From assembly GCA_973895155.1 (NCBI GenBank), contig OZ316896.1, positions 12,068,449-12,132,448 on the forward strand: a stretch of DNA of 64,000 bases. The letters run 5' to 3'. This DNA is from Marsupella aquatica. Taxonomy: Eukaryota; Plantae; Marchantiophyta. Below are positions 12,441-24,700 of this stretch, piece by piece. The notes under the pieces are model-generated. The model was not told the DNA's origin, ran no database searches, and saw only the letters and a list, made by a program, of their open reading frames with translations. Within the stretch, counting starts at the first letter, position 1; each line of letters starts with the position of its first letter. A program made the translations under genes and the position numbers.

Positions 12441-14241
12441 AAGTTTGAAAAAAAACGATTGTGGTTTGAACGAGTGAGCTCCCGACAGACGGATGTTGTT
12501 GTTGGATAGAATCGTAGAGCCCTACTACTTCTACTGTAGAAGCTCAAGCGAGCGAAATCTCTGATCTGCTGATGCCGCGGTGGAACTATTACTAGTACTG
12601 TAGTCCGTCCGGTGTTTGTTCGTTGGTGCAGCAGCAATCAGGGGAAGCGAGAGACAGAGAGATTGGTCGGGAGGAAGCGCGAAATCTGAATCTGCACAGT
12701 GCAACTCTCTCACACTCTCTCACTCTCACCTCCGTAGGCTTCGGTTGCGGTTTGTTTGGGCTCGGCTCTTCTCTGCTCCCCGGGGAATGCTGCCATGCAA
12801 ATCTAGGAATGCATCATTGACCAACAGAGCTGAGGCCCACCCGGCTGCAGCAGTGTAGAAGCAGCACCACCAAGCACTGATTTCACCACTGCATTATAGT
12901 GTAAGTCTCAAAGGGAGACGGGAGTGTTGACGTGACTGATTGAGTGAAGTACAGTGGTAAGTTGTTGGAGTTGAGTTGAGTGGAGTTTATTTGAGTAGGC
13001 TAGAAGTGGGGAAACAGTACTTACACTAGGAACAGGGCAGGGGCGGGGAAGAGAGGGGAGTAAGAGGGTTGAGAAAACGGAGAGACAATGTGAATCAACA
13101 GCAGAACATAGAGACGACGGACTAGATCACTAGACTACGCGGCAAACTGGCAGCAAAACACATAGAGACCACGGACTAGATCACTAGACTACTCGGCAGA
13201 CAGGCAGGTAATGTGAGATTCATGATAGCGAGCTGCCGAAAAAGTTACAACAATCGCTTTTCCGCACGTTATTATTCCCGGGAGAAGAACGGTTCTGGTC
13301 TTCTGCCGCAGCAGGTGCAGCTGGCTCGAGTGTGCGAAGCGAAAAATAGTCAGAGAGAAAGAGAAACAAACAGTCGTAGCAGTGGTAGTGGTGGATGTTG
13401 TGGTAGTGGGAGTAGAAAGCAGAAACGAACTCAATCCAACCCGGCGGCCCGGCCCACCTGAGCTCAGTCCAGTCCAGTCCAGCCCAGCCCAGCCCAGTGG
13501 AGTGGAGTGGAGTGCGATCCAGTGTGGCTACGTGCGTGCTTGCTGCAGAGTACATTACTATAGTGCAATGTGGTGTGATAGACGAGGAGGAAAAGGCTAT
13601 CCCGTGCATGCTACGGAGTTTGCCTCTCTGAACTGAATGGAAGCAAGCATTACTGAAGTGCGGAATGCAGAAGCAGCAGTAGGTTGTGAAGGACGGAGAA
13701 GGGGGGAAAATGACAGAAAAGTCTAAAATGTCAGCGGGTGGTAAGATCTTCCAGCACATTGGAGCATATGGTCTGTGGGTCAGGTAGAAAGGGAAGGAAG
13801 GAGACAGGAAGGAGTTTCTCGCTATAGCAGAGCAACATTTTGATCAGCAGCAGTGTCATCAGCATCGTCCGACGAGGCTAACCTTAGCTCAACAGCTTGG
13901 CTTAGTTTAGTTCGCTACTACTAGTGTCTGGGATAGTTTTCTTATCGGCAGGCAGACAGGCCGGCAAGAAAGAGATACCTCATGTCACATCAAGTAGGCC
14001 AAATTCCAGAGCGATTCCACAGCAGTACGGTAGATGGTGGTGCGTCGCACCACCTGATGTAGAGCTCCGCGAACCCCGGTGCCTAGCACCAATGTGGGCG
14101 TGAACGGATTGGAGCTCTGTGGAGGAGCGGTACATCAGGTTGTGGGGTGGGAGACAATCATCTTCCTCTGAGGAGGAGGACGTTTGGGGCACAACCAGTA
14201 GCAGTAGGGGGTTAATTTGGAATCCCGTGACGAGCTGCTAC

Positions 14242-15798
14242 ATGATGGACGAGCTTATCTCCATGGAGGACTCGGGCTCCGAGTCCTTAATACCTCTGTC
14301 ACCCACTCAAACATCTGACAGACTCCTCGAGGAATTCGGAATCACCGAGAATGGCGACTCCGACTACAATGCTGCTGGAGAGCTCCACCTTCGAGCGGAT
14401 GAGGATGGCCAGGATGTCCCAGACCACCTTCCCTTCGAGGCTGAGCACCTCCCTCCCCAAGACGCCGTCTCAGATCCAGCCCCCAGCATTGATGCAAAGG
14501 AGGATCAACTGATCAATTCCGATAGCCAGAGAGCAGAGACGAATGGCATTGGGAGCAAGGTCAGCAGTAGATCTACTCCCGGCATTACGAGCACTAGCAG
14601 TGGCAATGGAATTGCAACAAAGTCGTCAACAACTAGCAAAGGAACAGCAGGAGCAGGAAGTGGCAATAAAAAAGGTAGTCTAGGCGTGAAGACTCCAACG
14701 AAGACGACGGCATCTTTGAAGCCCGCCTCGGCAACCTCGTCCCCATCTACGAGACCTGCCTCTCCCAACGTACGTTCCTTCTTGCGATCATCCTCTTCTG
14801 CAGCAGCTGCCCGGCGAGCTAGCCTTGGTGGTCATGAGACAAGCCGAACGATGATGGCCAATGGCACTGGCAGCGTGACCACTACCACCACCCCACCGTC
14901 GAAGAGCTCTCCAGGCAGTGGAGCTGTGTCCTCGATCGGCTCTAGAAAGCGGACATCGCTCACAACGAGTGGCATGTCGGAAAAGAGCAATGGGGAATCC
15001 CCCTCTTCTGCTTTCTCTCGTACCTCTCCTGCCGCTTCTGCTTCTTCTCCTTCCACTGCTTCCTCTAAAACTCCGCTGACTGGGAGGGTCTCCAAGGCAA
15101 CCGAAGCCAGACGGGCATCCCTCGGAGGCACTTCTGCTCTGACTAGCAGACCGGTGCTGTCGAGGACTGAGTTGAAGCATTGGGGAGCCACTTCCCCTGG
15201 AGTGAAGAACTCCAGTGCCACTGCTACGGCTACTTCCTCTTCGCCGTCTTTGAAGCAAACGACCTCCCCATCAGTCCCCTCAACAACTGCCTCTGCTGCT
15301 ACTACGAGTACTTCTGCAAGAGTAGCGTCAGGGAAATCAGCATCATCCCCCATTAGCGATTATCAGAAACGCTCCACGCCCTCTCCAAGTCGGAGATCCT
15401 CTGGCATTGGCATTGGTGGTTCCGCTACTAAATCAGGAAGCTTTAAGTCTGGCTCCTCACCATCTGCTACAAAGTCTCCCAAGCTTTCTTCCTCTCCATC
15501 GTCGGTGACCAAAACTGGACTGAAATCTCCTGCCACTAATGGAGCCAATTCTGCGGCCAAGAGCAGGCTCAGTCCATCCATGTCGTTTGGTAGCGGTAGG
15601 CGTTCTTCGTTGGACCTGGGCAGCCGGGGTTCCCCTTCTAATGGCGAGAGAGGATCTGTTGGGAAAAATCACTCTCCTGTCATTGCTGACAGGGGCCCGA
15701 GCATGCTCACACGAAGGAAGTCCATTTCTTCCACAGAGATCAGAGATCCACGCCTGTTGCTTCTCCCAACAGTTGATGTCAAGGCCGGCGATGATGTG
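14242..15798 (+). CDS. AIR9: AIR9 exon 1: acidic tip plus long basic Ser/Thr-rich disordered (putative microtubule-binding) region
   Basis: Within ORF 14119-15876. First in-frame ATG at 14242; donor GTAAGT at 15799 after DVKAGDDV. Confidence 0.9.
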
Positions 15799-18700
15799 GT
15801 AAGTCTGTCCAATCCGTCATTAAGGGACTCCGCTTTTGCTTGGTCACGGGAAGCCCAGCTTAGTTTTGGTTTTTGATCTAGTGTTTACTGAGAACGCTTC
15901 GTGATATCTACATTGGTTCCCTTAACTCTTCAAAGGGGCTGTCAATAATTACTTATCATTGGCGGACGAAATTGAAACGCGATTCTGACCTTTGCTTCCT
16001 TTCGCGTATCTAGACGTTGTTTAGCCATGAGTCGGACGAAGCATTTAATGCAGACTGGTATTTGTTTACAAGCACGCACATTGCCTTTCTGAAGTTCTCC
16101 AGGCAATGCGTCACCGGTTCACTTTCCACGCTGATTAATGCACAATGCCTCATGAAGCTTTTGAACTACACATGTGTTTGACAAATGTATCTCTGCCGAT
16201 GGTCAATGTTTCACACCGTTCCTTCGCCACTTTGAGACGCACTGGAAAGTCGGGAAAATCAAGGTGTCTACTCGTGTAAACATTTACATTTTCTCTTACT
16301 ACAGATTTCTTTTAAATACATGGATTCATTGATGAGGGTTGGCATTGTTCCTGCACCATCGGAACACCTGATGTCCTTGATCATCCGACGCTGATGTGAA
16401 AAATATACCTTCGTCTGGTTGTCGTCAAAGTCCAGTGTCGCTCAGTGCAGAGGACTGAATGGGTGTTGAGTGAATCTGAAACATTACTGACATATCTCTC
16501 ACTTTCGCAGCGTCTGGACATGAGAGGGCAAAAGCTGCGAACTTTGGACTGCAAGCCCGTGAACTTATCTCCTAAACTAGAGGTGAGTACGTACGTACGT
16601 ACGTACGTGCAGCAGCCAGCTGCTCTTGTCCCCTTACACGAGGAATGGTTGCTATCCTTCAAATTTGGGTTCACCTAGGATGGTTACGGCAATGGAATTT
16701 AGATTCTGGTCAGCTCCTTGCCGTGAGCTGGAATCTCCATAAATCATTGACGTTCACGAACCTAGCTGTGGGACAGATGGATGTCCCCAATACTTCTCTT
16801 GTAATCTGAGAAGTATGCTCATTAAGAAGCTCGCTTGCAATTCGGCGTGAGCTATGAGGTCAAAGTTTATAACCGGAATTATCAATGTGCCCGGATGTCT
16901 GCTGGAGTGGGCGTGGCCAATAATTGTACCTTCATTGCTTTCAAATTTCAACGTTTTCGATTGCCTGAGCGTTTGCAACTCTGATACTCCGCCTCGTGCA
17001 TACTGGACGAAAGGACCAGTGCAATTCCCTTGATCGTCTTGTTTGTAATGATGCCTTGCGAGCCTCGATGCGATAGTAATGTGATGTTCTTTGCTCCAGT
17101 TTGTGTACCTCAGAGATAACAAGCTGTCCTCTTTGGAGGGAATCGAGATCCTCAAGCGTCTGAAGGTGAGTTCTCTCTGCCTGGCTATTTGCTTGGCGTC
17201 CTTGCTACCAGGAGTGTCGCGTCTTTGGTAGCTGGTTGCGGTAGGGTTTGGTAGCTGGTTTGGTAGGGTTTGGTACCAAACCAATCTGCCCGCTCGGCCC
17301 CCTTTATCTGAAATTGAATTTCTGTCTTCGATGTTCTGGTGCTTACAGCACGTTTTGCTAAGGATGGAGCAGCTTGTGTGCCAGGTCTTCGAAAGCTTAG
17401 GCCCCCAGTGAGTCTGAGTTCATGCTGATGCCCTTTCTTTAATCTTGATCTGATGCAGGTCCTGGACCTCAGTTTCAATGAATTTAAAGGGACAGAGGGA
17501 GCTGGATTTGAGGGCTTGGCCAATTGTCGAGCTTTACAGGTCAGCGAAGTGAAAAAGTGGCAGCTCTTGTTAATCTGGTCGAGTTTATACTTTTAGTACT
17601 AGGCCAACTTAGGAAATCTGGTTCCTTAATTTAGAGCTAGTTGTGATCGGTCGTTAAATTTCTCTGTCTAGTAGTTGCATTTGGGTTTGCATACCTCCAA
17701 CTGGGATCTCAGCTAGGGTCGATGTGTCTCGCAGCAACTATACCTTGCTGGAAATCAAATTACATCTCTGGCTGGCCTGCCTTCACTGCCAAATTTGGAG
17801 GTAAGCTTCTACCGTTTTGACGGGACTACCCGTGAATTCTTTAGCCATTTCGCTGTTTATTTTGAGTTGATTTAGTTATCATTACCCTAGTCCCTGGGAC
17901 ATGGTTAGGAATGGTTTTTTTAATCTATAGTTTCAGCCATTTTCCCATTTTCTCAACCATGAGATATAATGTACTTTTGGTTGAGTTTTGAGCTGGTGGT
18001 AAAGTTTCTTGGTACTGACCGTCGAGGAATGTTGTTGCCAGTTTCTCTCTGTTGCACAGAACAAGATTAAGTCTCTTGAAATGCCCACACAACCACGGCT
18101 TCAGGTATTGCCGTGAGGATTCCTGCTGCTGCCTTTTTTTCGTGGAAATGTTGTAGAAAAGTGAGTCTCGAAGTCCTAAGGATATCAAGCTTGGGCGTCG
18201 TTTGTCTATGCATTTTCAACCGATAGTATAGAATTAAGTCCGACACTATAGTGGGAGACTGGAACTTCTTGTTGGAGGAAATCTCAGCGATATTCCAGGA
18301 CAATCCATCTGACTGTTGTGCTTTTCTGGAAACAATGTATATGCCTTAGTTGATTTCAAATTGCGCCTTTTTCAATGAAGGTTTTAGCTGCGAGCAAGAA
18401 CAAAGTCACAGTTTTGAAGGGCTTCCCGTACTTACCTGCTTTGGAGGTAAGTGAAGTCTTTTTGCACAGTGGCGGAGTCATGTGAATTTTCTCTACGGGT
18501 CCCATGAATGACCCTTGTTGGAAGGATTTACATTTGCAGGTGTAAGATCTTTAGGGCAGTTGCACAATAGTAATTGGTTCAGGCCGCCTTAGGTTCTCTA
18601 TTTTGAATCTTGCCGTTGATTCATGGGAGCACACTGTAAATCGTGTACTTTCGACTACTCTGAAAACAAAATGCGTTATTGCAGAACTTGCGGTTGGAGG

Positions 18701-21700
18701 AGAATCCAATTCTGGATGTTCCTCATGTGGAAGCAGCGTTTATGCTTCTTGTCGGTCCAACTCTGAAAAAATTTAATGATAGAGGTAGGAAACGACACTG
18801 CCATATCCCACTCACCACGTCCTTCCCAATTCTTTCTGTTTCAGTTGAAATCTAATGAACATTTATCTGTTGATCTCTTCGACAGACTTATCTTTGGAGG
18901 AACAAGAGCTGGCCATGTTGTATCCGGCAAGTACACCACTCTGCCTTCAGAAGGGGTGGGAACTTTGTGACCCAGAAGAAGCTGAAGGTTTGAAATTCTT
19001 CATCCTTGCCTTGTTACGTGAAGGCTTGAAATTCACTGAAGCTTGCTGAGTAAGGAAAGAGATATTGTAACGGATTCTGATCATTCTGCTCCCACTTTCT
19101 GTTTTTTGCAGAGTCTACTCTGCAGTTTTTATCTACAGAATGGAGTGACAAGTTACCTCCTGGCTACAAAGTCAAGAATGCAGAAATCAATCACCCCCGT
19201 GAGGAGGATCCCTGTCTGTGTGAATTCATCTTTGAGAAAGTTGACAATGCATTTGAAGACACTGAGATGTCAATGTCCTATCAGTGGTTTGTCGGGGGGA
19301 AAATTCCAATGGACTTTGTGGCAATTGAAGGTGCCGTAGGCAAGGTACACGACGGTGAAGTACAGTTATAATTTTCCAGGTTCTACTTTCTGACACAATT
19401 GAAAAGATATTAGTGAAGTGACACTTGACACTTGACACTTTGAGCAGGAGTACTGGCCAACGCGTGAAGATGTTGGGAATTGTCTGAAGGTTGAATGCAC
19501 CCTTCTGCTGGGGGAGACACAGTACCCCCCAGTCTTTGCTGTTTCGGCACCTGTATCTCCTGGTAAATTGTCTTCTTGTTGGATCTCTTACTTTGGTCTT
19601 TTTGATTAGTCACTTAACGGTTCTTAAGTCTAGGTGAGGCGGGCGGACGACTTCTGTTAAGCTATAAAGATGCTGGTGAACTAGAACTTTGTGTTTTTAC
19701 TCTGACTGGCAGTTCAGTTTGTAATTCTCCACTGGCTTATCGCAGGTTCTGGAATACCTAGAGTCTTGGGGTTGAAGGTTGAGGGAGAACCCTTGGAGGG
19801 AAGTGTGATCAAGGGATCTGCGACAGTTGCATGGTGTGGTGGAACTCCAAGTGAAGGGGTTGCGAAGTACGTGGATCAAAGTTTTGTTCTTTGTTGACTC
19901 TGATTTAACTTCTTTCCTTACATCAAACATACATTTTGGGCTGACATTTTGGGTTTGTCACGCTAGGTGGTTGAGGAATGTTGAGGACATCGGTCCTGTT
20001 GAAATCGAGGGAGCCAATCGGATAGAATACCGGCCAACTCTGGATGATGTCAATGCCACTCTCACTTTGCTGGTTACTCCAGTAACCCAAGAAGGAATGA
20101 AGGGGAGACCACAGCAAACAACCACCATTGCTGTTAAAGCAGGTACTGTACAGATAGTTTGTGGACAGAAGCAAGCATGCCGATTACAGCTACGAGATGC
20201 GATTCTGTTTCAGGCTTTGTCTGAAGAGTGTCCTTTTTTGGTGTGAGCAGGCCCACCATCAGTCAACGATGTCCAGATTGTTGGTGATGCAGTGGAAGGC
20301 ACTGTTTTGACTGGATATGGGAAATATTTTGGTGGAGTTGAAGGTCTGAGTAAGTTTGAATGGTTGCGAGAGGATCTCGAATCAGGGTATGTAGAACTGC
20401 TCTCTGAAGGATTATTGCTTGCTATGTTAAATGATCGTGTCAAGATGAAAGACAGAGTCCAAGGGATCTTATTGGTATCCGCCTCTTCTAGTAATTTTAC
20501 TGTCTTTTTTCTCCTTGCAATGAAATTCACCAACGCTGTTTTCTTAAATGACAGGCAATTTAAACTTGTCTCAAGAGGAAGCGTGGATTACACAGTTGGT
20601 CCACACGATGTTGGGCTACGCTTGATGTTCATTTACACACCTGTCAATTGTGAAGGTTTGTTTATTTATCTCTTTGTCAGGGACAAAAGTCCAGATCGAC
20701 AGTTATTGTGAAGTTAGTGTAAAAGGATGAGTCAAGTCTATGGGTAGCTAAAGATCTACGTCGACTATAGTGCAGCAGTGAGGAACAAGCAAATGCTGGC
20801 AGTTTGGGTTCTAGTCCACTATTTGGGTTGTGACTCAATTTCTCATGCACGTCTGATTTGGTTTATACATATGAATTGGAGAGGTAAATTCTAAAGCACT
20901 CCTAGTTCTGAGCTATCGCGTCCAAACAAAAATGCTATTGGTAGCAATTTATCTCTGTTTTCAAACATTCAAATCTATTTTTGCAGGAGTTCATGGTGAT
21001 CCCGTTTCTGCTATTAGTACCAAGGTACAGCTAGGTATGTAATTTGGTGACTTTTGAGTTGATGTATTCGGGCATGATCAAGAAATATGGGATTGGACCT
21101 GTTAAGGGGTGAGGGTTTTGTGTTGCTGTGACGGGGGTTGAAGAAATCCCTGCGAACTACTAATATTCGTTAGAATATAGTATTTAAGTCTCTCTTCTCA
21201 TGTGGTCTATTCTTTCTTATTGCAGCTCCACCAATGGTGCATGACCTCAGAATTGTGGGTGAACTAATCGAAGGTAACAAGATAGCTGTTACGTCGACAT
21301 TCAGTGGTGGTGTGGAGGGGCCGAGTCGCGTGCAGTGGTTCAAAACAAACTCTCGAGAGGATGTTTTGGAGGAGAGCGATTTGGAAGCCATCAGTAATTC
21401 CAAAGTGGCAAAGGTAAGGAAGCTGCACTATTGGAAGACAATTGGCTCTCACGCTTGGCATTAGTGAAGTTATGGACATATAATATACATCACTTAGGGA
21501 CATACCGAGCTTGAAATATTGATCTAATTTTTGGTCTGAAACATCTCGTGTACCATTGGTTTGGTCTTGGACGTTGTCCTTGGGAATCATGAAATTTTTG
21601 GTCATCTCTGAAGTTTGTACTAATTGCAAAATGTGCAGACATTCCGTATACCTCTTGGAGCTGTTGGTTGCTACTTGGTTGCGAAATACACTCCTGTGCG

Positions 21701-24700
21701 GTCAGACGGTGAAAGTGGGATACCTGGCCTTCTGGTCTCAGACACTTCTGTGCAAAGTAAGTTTTCGAATTAATATCGAACTGCTCCCTACACGAGGGTT
21801 CTAGAAGTTCCCATCGCAACGTCCACATTGATCTTGGCACCGGGGTTTTCTACTTTTTAAATCCATGAAGCTTGTGTACTGTTGTCGTATGTAGTTGGTG
21901 AAAATAAAAGCTAGATGCCCAGTACACCCGTGCCATTTTATTTCATGAAAAAGTGATATGGACATTCATACTAATATGCATGACTTTTACTGGTCAGCAG
22001 TGTTACCCCCAGCATTGAACTTCCTCAATATTACTGGGGAGTATGTTGAAGGACGCATTCTTTCTGCACAGTATGGGTACGTCGGTGGCTATGAAGGCAG
22101 TAGCCAGTACAATTGGTACCTGCACCAGGTCTGATAGTGCATTCCTTCAACTACGGCTGCAGAATTTATATCTTGCGATGTTTAAGTAGGCAATTGAACT
22201 TCAAATTTATCTTTTCTATCTATACCGACATTCTTATTGTTGGTGTCCTCGTCCTTTTTGTCCTAGAATATATATGATCTTTACTCAATTGTCACAACCC
22301 TTTCATGAATTTTACAGAATGAAAGTGATATTGGTACCATCATTCCCACCGCTATGGGGCGTTTGGAGTATGAAGTCACAAGGCAGGCTGTCAATAAGTT
22401 TGTATCCTTCAGATGTACACCAGTTAGAGATGACGGTACTGTTGGGGAATCGAAGACTGTATTTGGCGCCGAGAGGATCTGTTCAGGTACACCACCTGGT
22501 GATATGTTCTCAGTATTGTGTGCTCGAATGTAGTTGTACATCCGCATGAAGAGGAGTTTCTCGAAGGACCGAAGGACCTGTTCCAGCAAACATTTCTTTA
22601 CTTAATTGGAAGCTATTCTGCAACTCGAATGTCCATGGGACGTACTAATATTCAGAGCTTTTGTTTTTTTGAGAACAGGCCCACCACGGTTGACTAGTAT
22701 ACAAATTGAGGGGTCACCAATCGAGGGGGAGGAACTCTTTGTTGAAAAGGAGTACTGGGGTGGTGAGGAAGGGGATTCAAGGCTCCAATGGTATCTGGTA
22801 AGACTCTGGGAATTGAATGACTTGATATCCTCGTAGGCCGAGTTCTGGGACTTTCTGTTGAAGTTATGTTCCATAAGATAAGAAGTTGATGCAGAGGCAC
22901 GTCCACTGTTTGCACTGGATTCACACTTTTCATGGCTGGTGCAGACAAGGCCAGACGGGACTCAGCGGGAGATCAAAGGTGCTACAGATATTGCATACGT
23001 TGTCCGTCCTGAAGACATAGGTGGACTGCTGTGCGTTTCTTGTGAACCCTTGCGAAGCGATGGAGTGAGGGGTCCACTTGCAATTTCTCCAGTTGTTGGT
23101 CCCGTAACTCCTGGTAAGTGAACTTGTGAGTTGTACCACAAGAGCTGTTCTCGCAGTCTTGTTGTGAATATAATCTCCGAATTGCAGTGCTAGTCATTGC
23201 CATATCTCTCTTCACCTGGTACCATCGTTACAACTTTCACTTGTGGCTGCAGCTGTTCCAACATGCGAGGCATTGGACATAGCTGGACCCCTGGTGGAAG
23301 GCGGGTCTCTCACTTTCAATGTCGTCTACAAGGGAGGGTGAGATGAATGCCCTTTAATCATTCTTTCTGTAGTAAGCCTTCCTCTCTATGTGCAGGATTT
23401 AATACGTCCTTCAGTATGTCGCAAGTGATATGATTTTTCCTGATGTTGCCGCTATTTTGCTAAGTATAGAGAGAAGGGAGCTTGCAAACATCAGTGGTAT
23501 CGTCAATACACTGATGGGAGGGATCTCAGAGCGCTCGGCAGTGCTGGTGAGCAGTCTTGACCTTGAGGCATTGGAAGCAAGTGACTTCGTGGATTTAGGG
23601 GACTAATTCATCAGAAGGAAATCTAGTTGTGTCGAATTGAGAGCTTTGCAAGCTTCACAGTTTTCAGCAACAGTTTGGAAAGTACGAATTGGGCAATCTA
23701 ATGTGAAGGACTGTCTGACTTTCTCATGTTTCTTTGTTTCAGAATACCTGGGCTTAACTTCAGAAGACGTTGGCTGTCGCCTTCGACTTGTATTTACACC
23801 TGTACGCAAAGATGGGTTAGCAGGAGAAACTCTTGCCGTTGTCTCAGATATTGTCGTGGATGGTACGTGCTACTTTTCTCACTTTTAAGCGTAGTCCCTC
23901 AAAATATATTGGTTTTATTGAGTAACGTCATGATGGGGTTTACAAGCGGAGCTTTATTCTGCGCTCTAATTTGTTTCTGGTCAATTGGTCCGCAGCTGAG
24001 CCAGAGGGCAGACATCTCTTTGTTCCCGACTGCTTTGAGGACGTAGAAGTTGTGCCCCAAAGAGAATACTTTGGTGGGAAAGAAGGGCCTGGTGAATTTT
24101 CATGGTTTCAAGCCAACTCAAAGCCAGAAGGAGCTTATTTGCCAAAGGATGCAAGGTTTCTATACCATGGACTGTAAGTTCTTGCCTTAGATCCTTGTCG
24201 TACATGAATTTTGACCTTGCAAGATTTTTACTGAAGAGATCTGTATTTCTCTGTTGGGAAGAGGGGACGCTGCTCACGTTCACTGTGATTTCTTTTGTTA
24301 AACTATGCGCTAATTACACCGTCCTTGGGGCAGGGTTTATACTCCTGCACTTGGCGATGTAGGGAAATATCTTGTACTGCGGTGGATTCCCGTACGTTCT
24401 GATGGCAGACGTGGTACACCGTGGGTTGCCTGTAGCAGAATGTCTGTTGTACCAGGTATATTACTACGCACTCATTATATAATTCTAGGCTTGAGATTAG
24501 TAGCTCACTGTGTCTTCGGTGAGGATCGTTCCCTTGGTTGGTACCTGTGTACAAGGAGATGCATCGTTATTTGAACTTATGAAAGAGAACTTGTTTGTGA
24601 ACAGCCCATCCGGCAGTCTACAACGTACATCTGAAAGAAGTGTCGCAAGGAGTGTTTATTGGTGAGGGTGAGTATTATGGTGGGTACGAAGGCCATAGCA

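Noticed and set aside
14119-14241. N-terminal extension of AIR9 from GTG 14119
   Set aside because: Non-ATG start in a eukaryotic gene. ATG 14242 is the first in-frame ATG.
14505-15672. Antisense ORFs over AIR9 exon 1
   Set aside because: These are shadow ORFs of a low-complexity Ser/Thr/Ala-rich coding strand with no independent motifs.
17225-17285. Telomere-like TAGGGTTT repeats
   Set aside because: Only two imperfect units within a GGTTTGGTAG-type intronic repeat. Not a TTTAGGG array.
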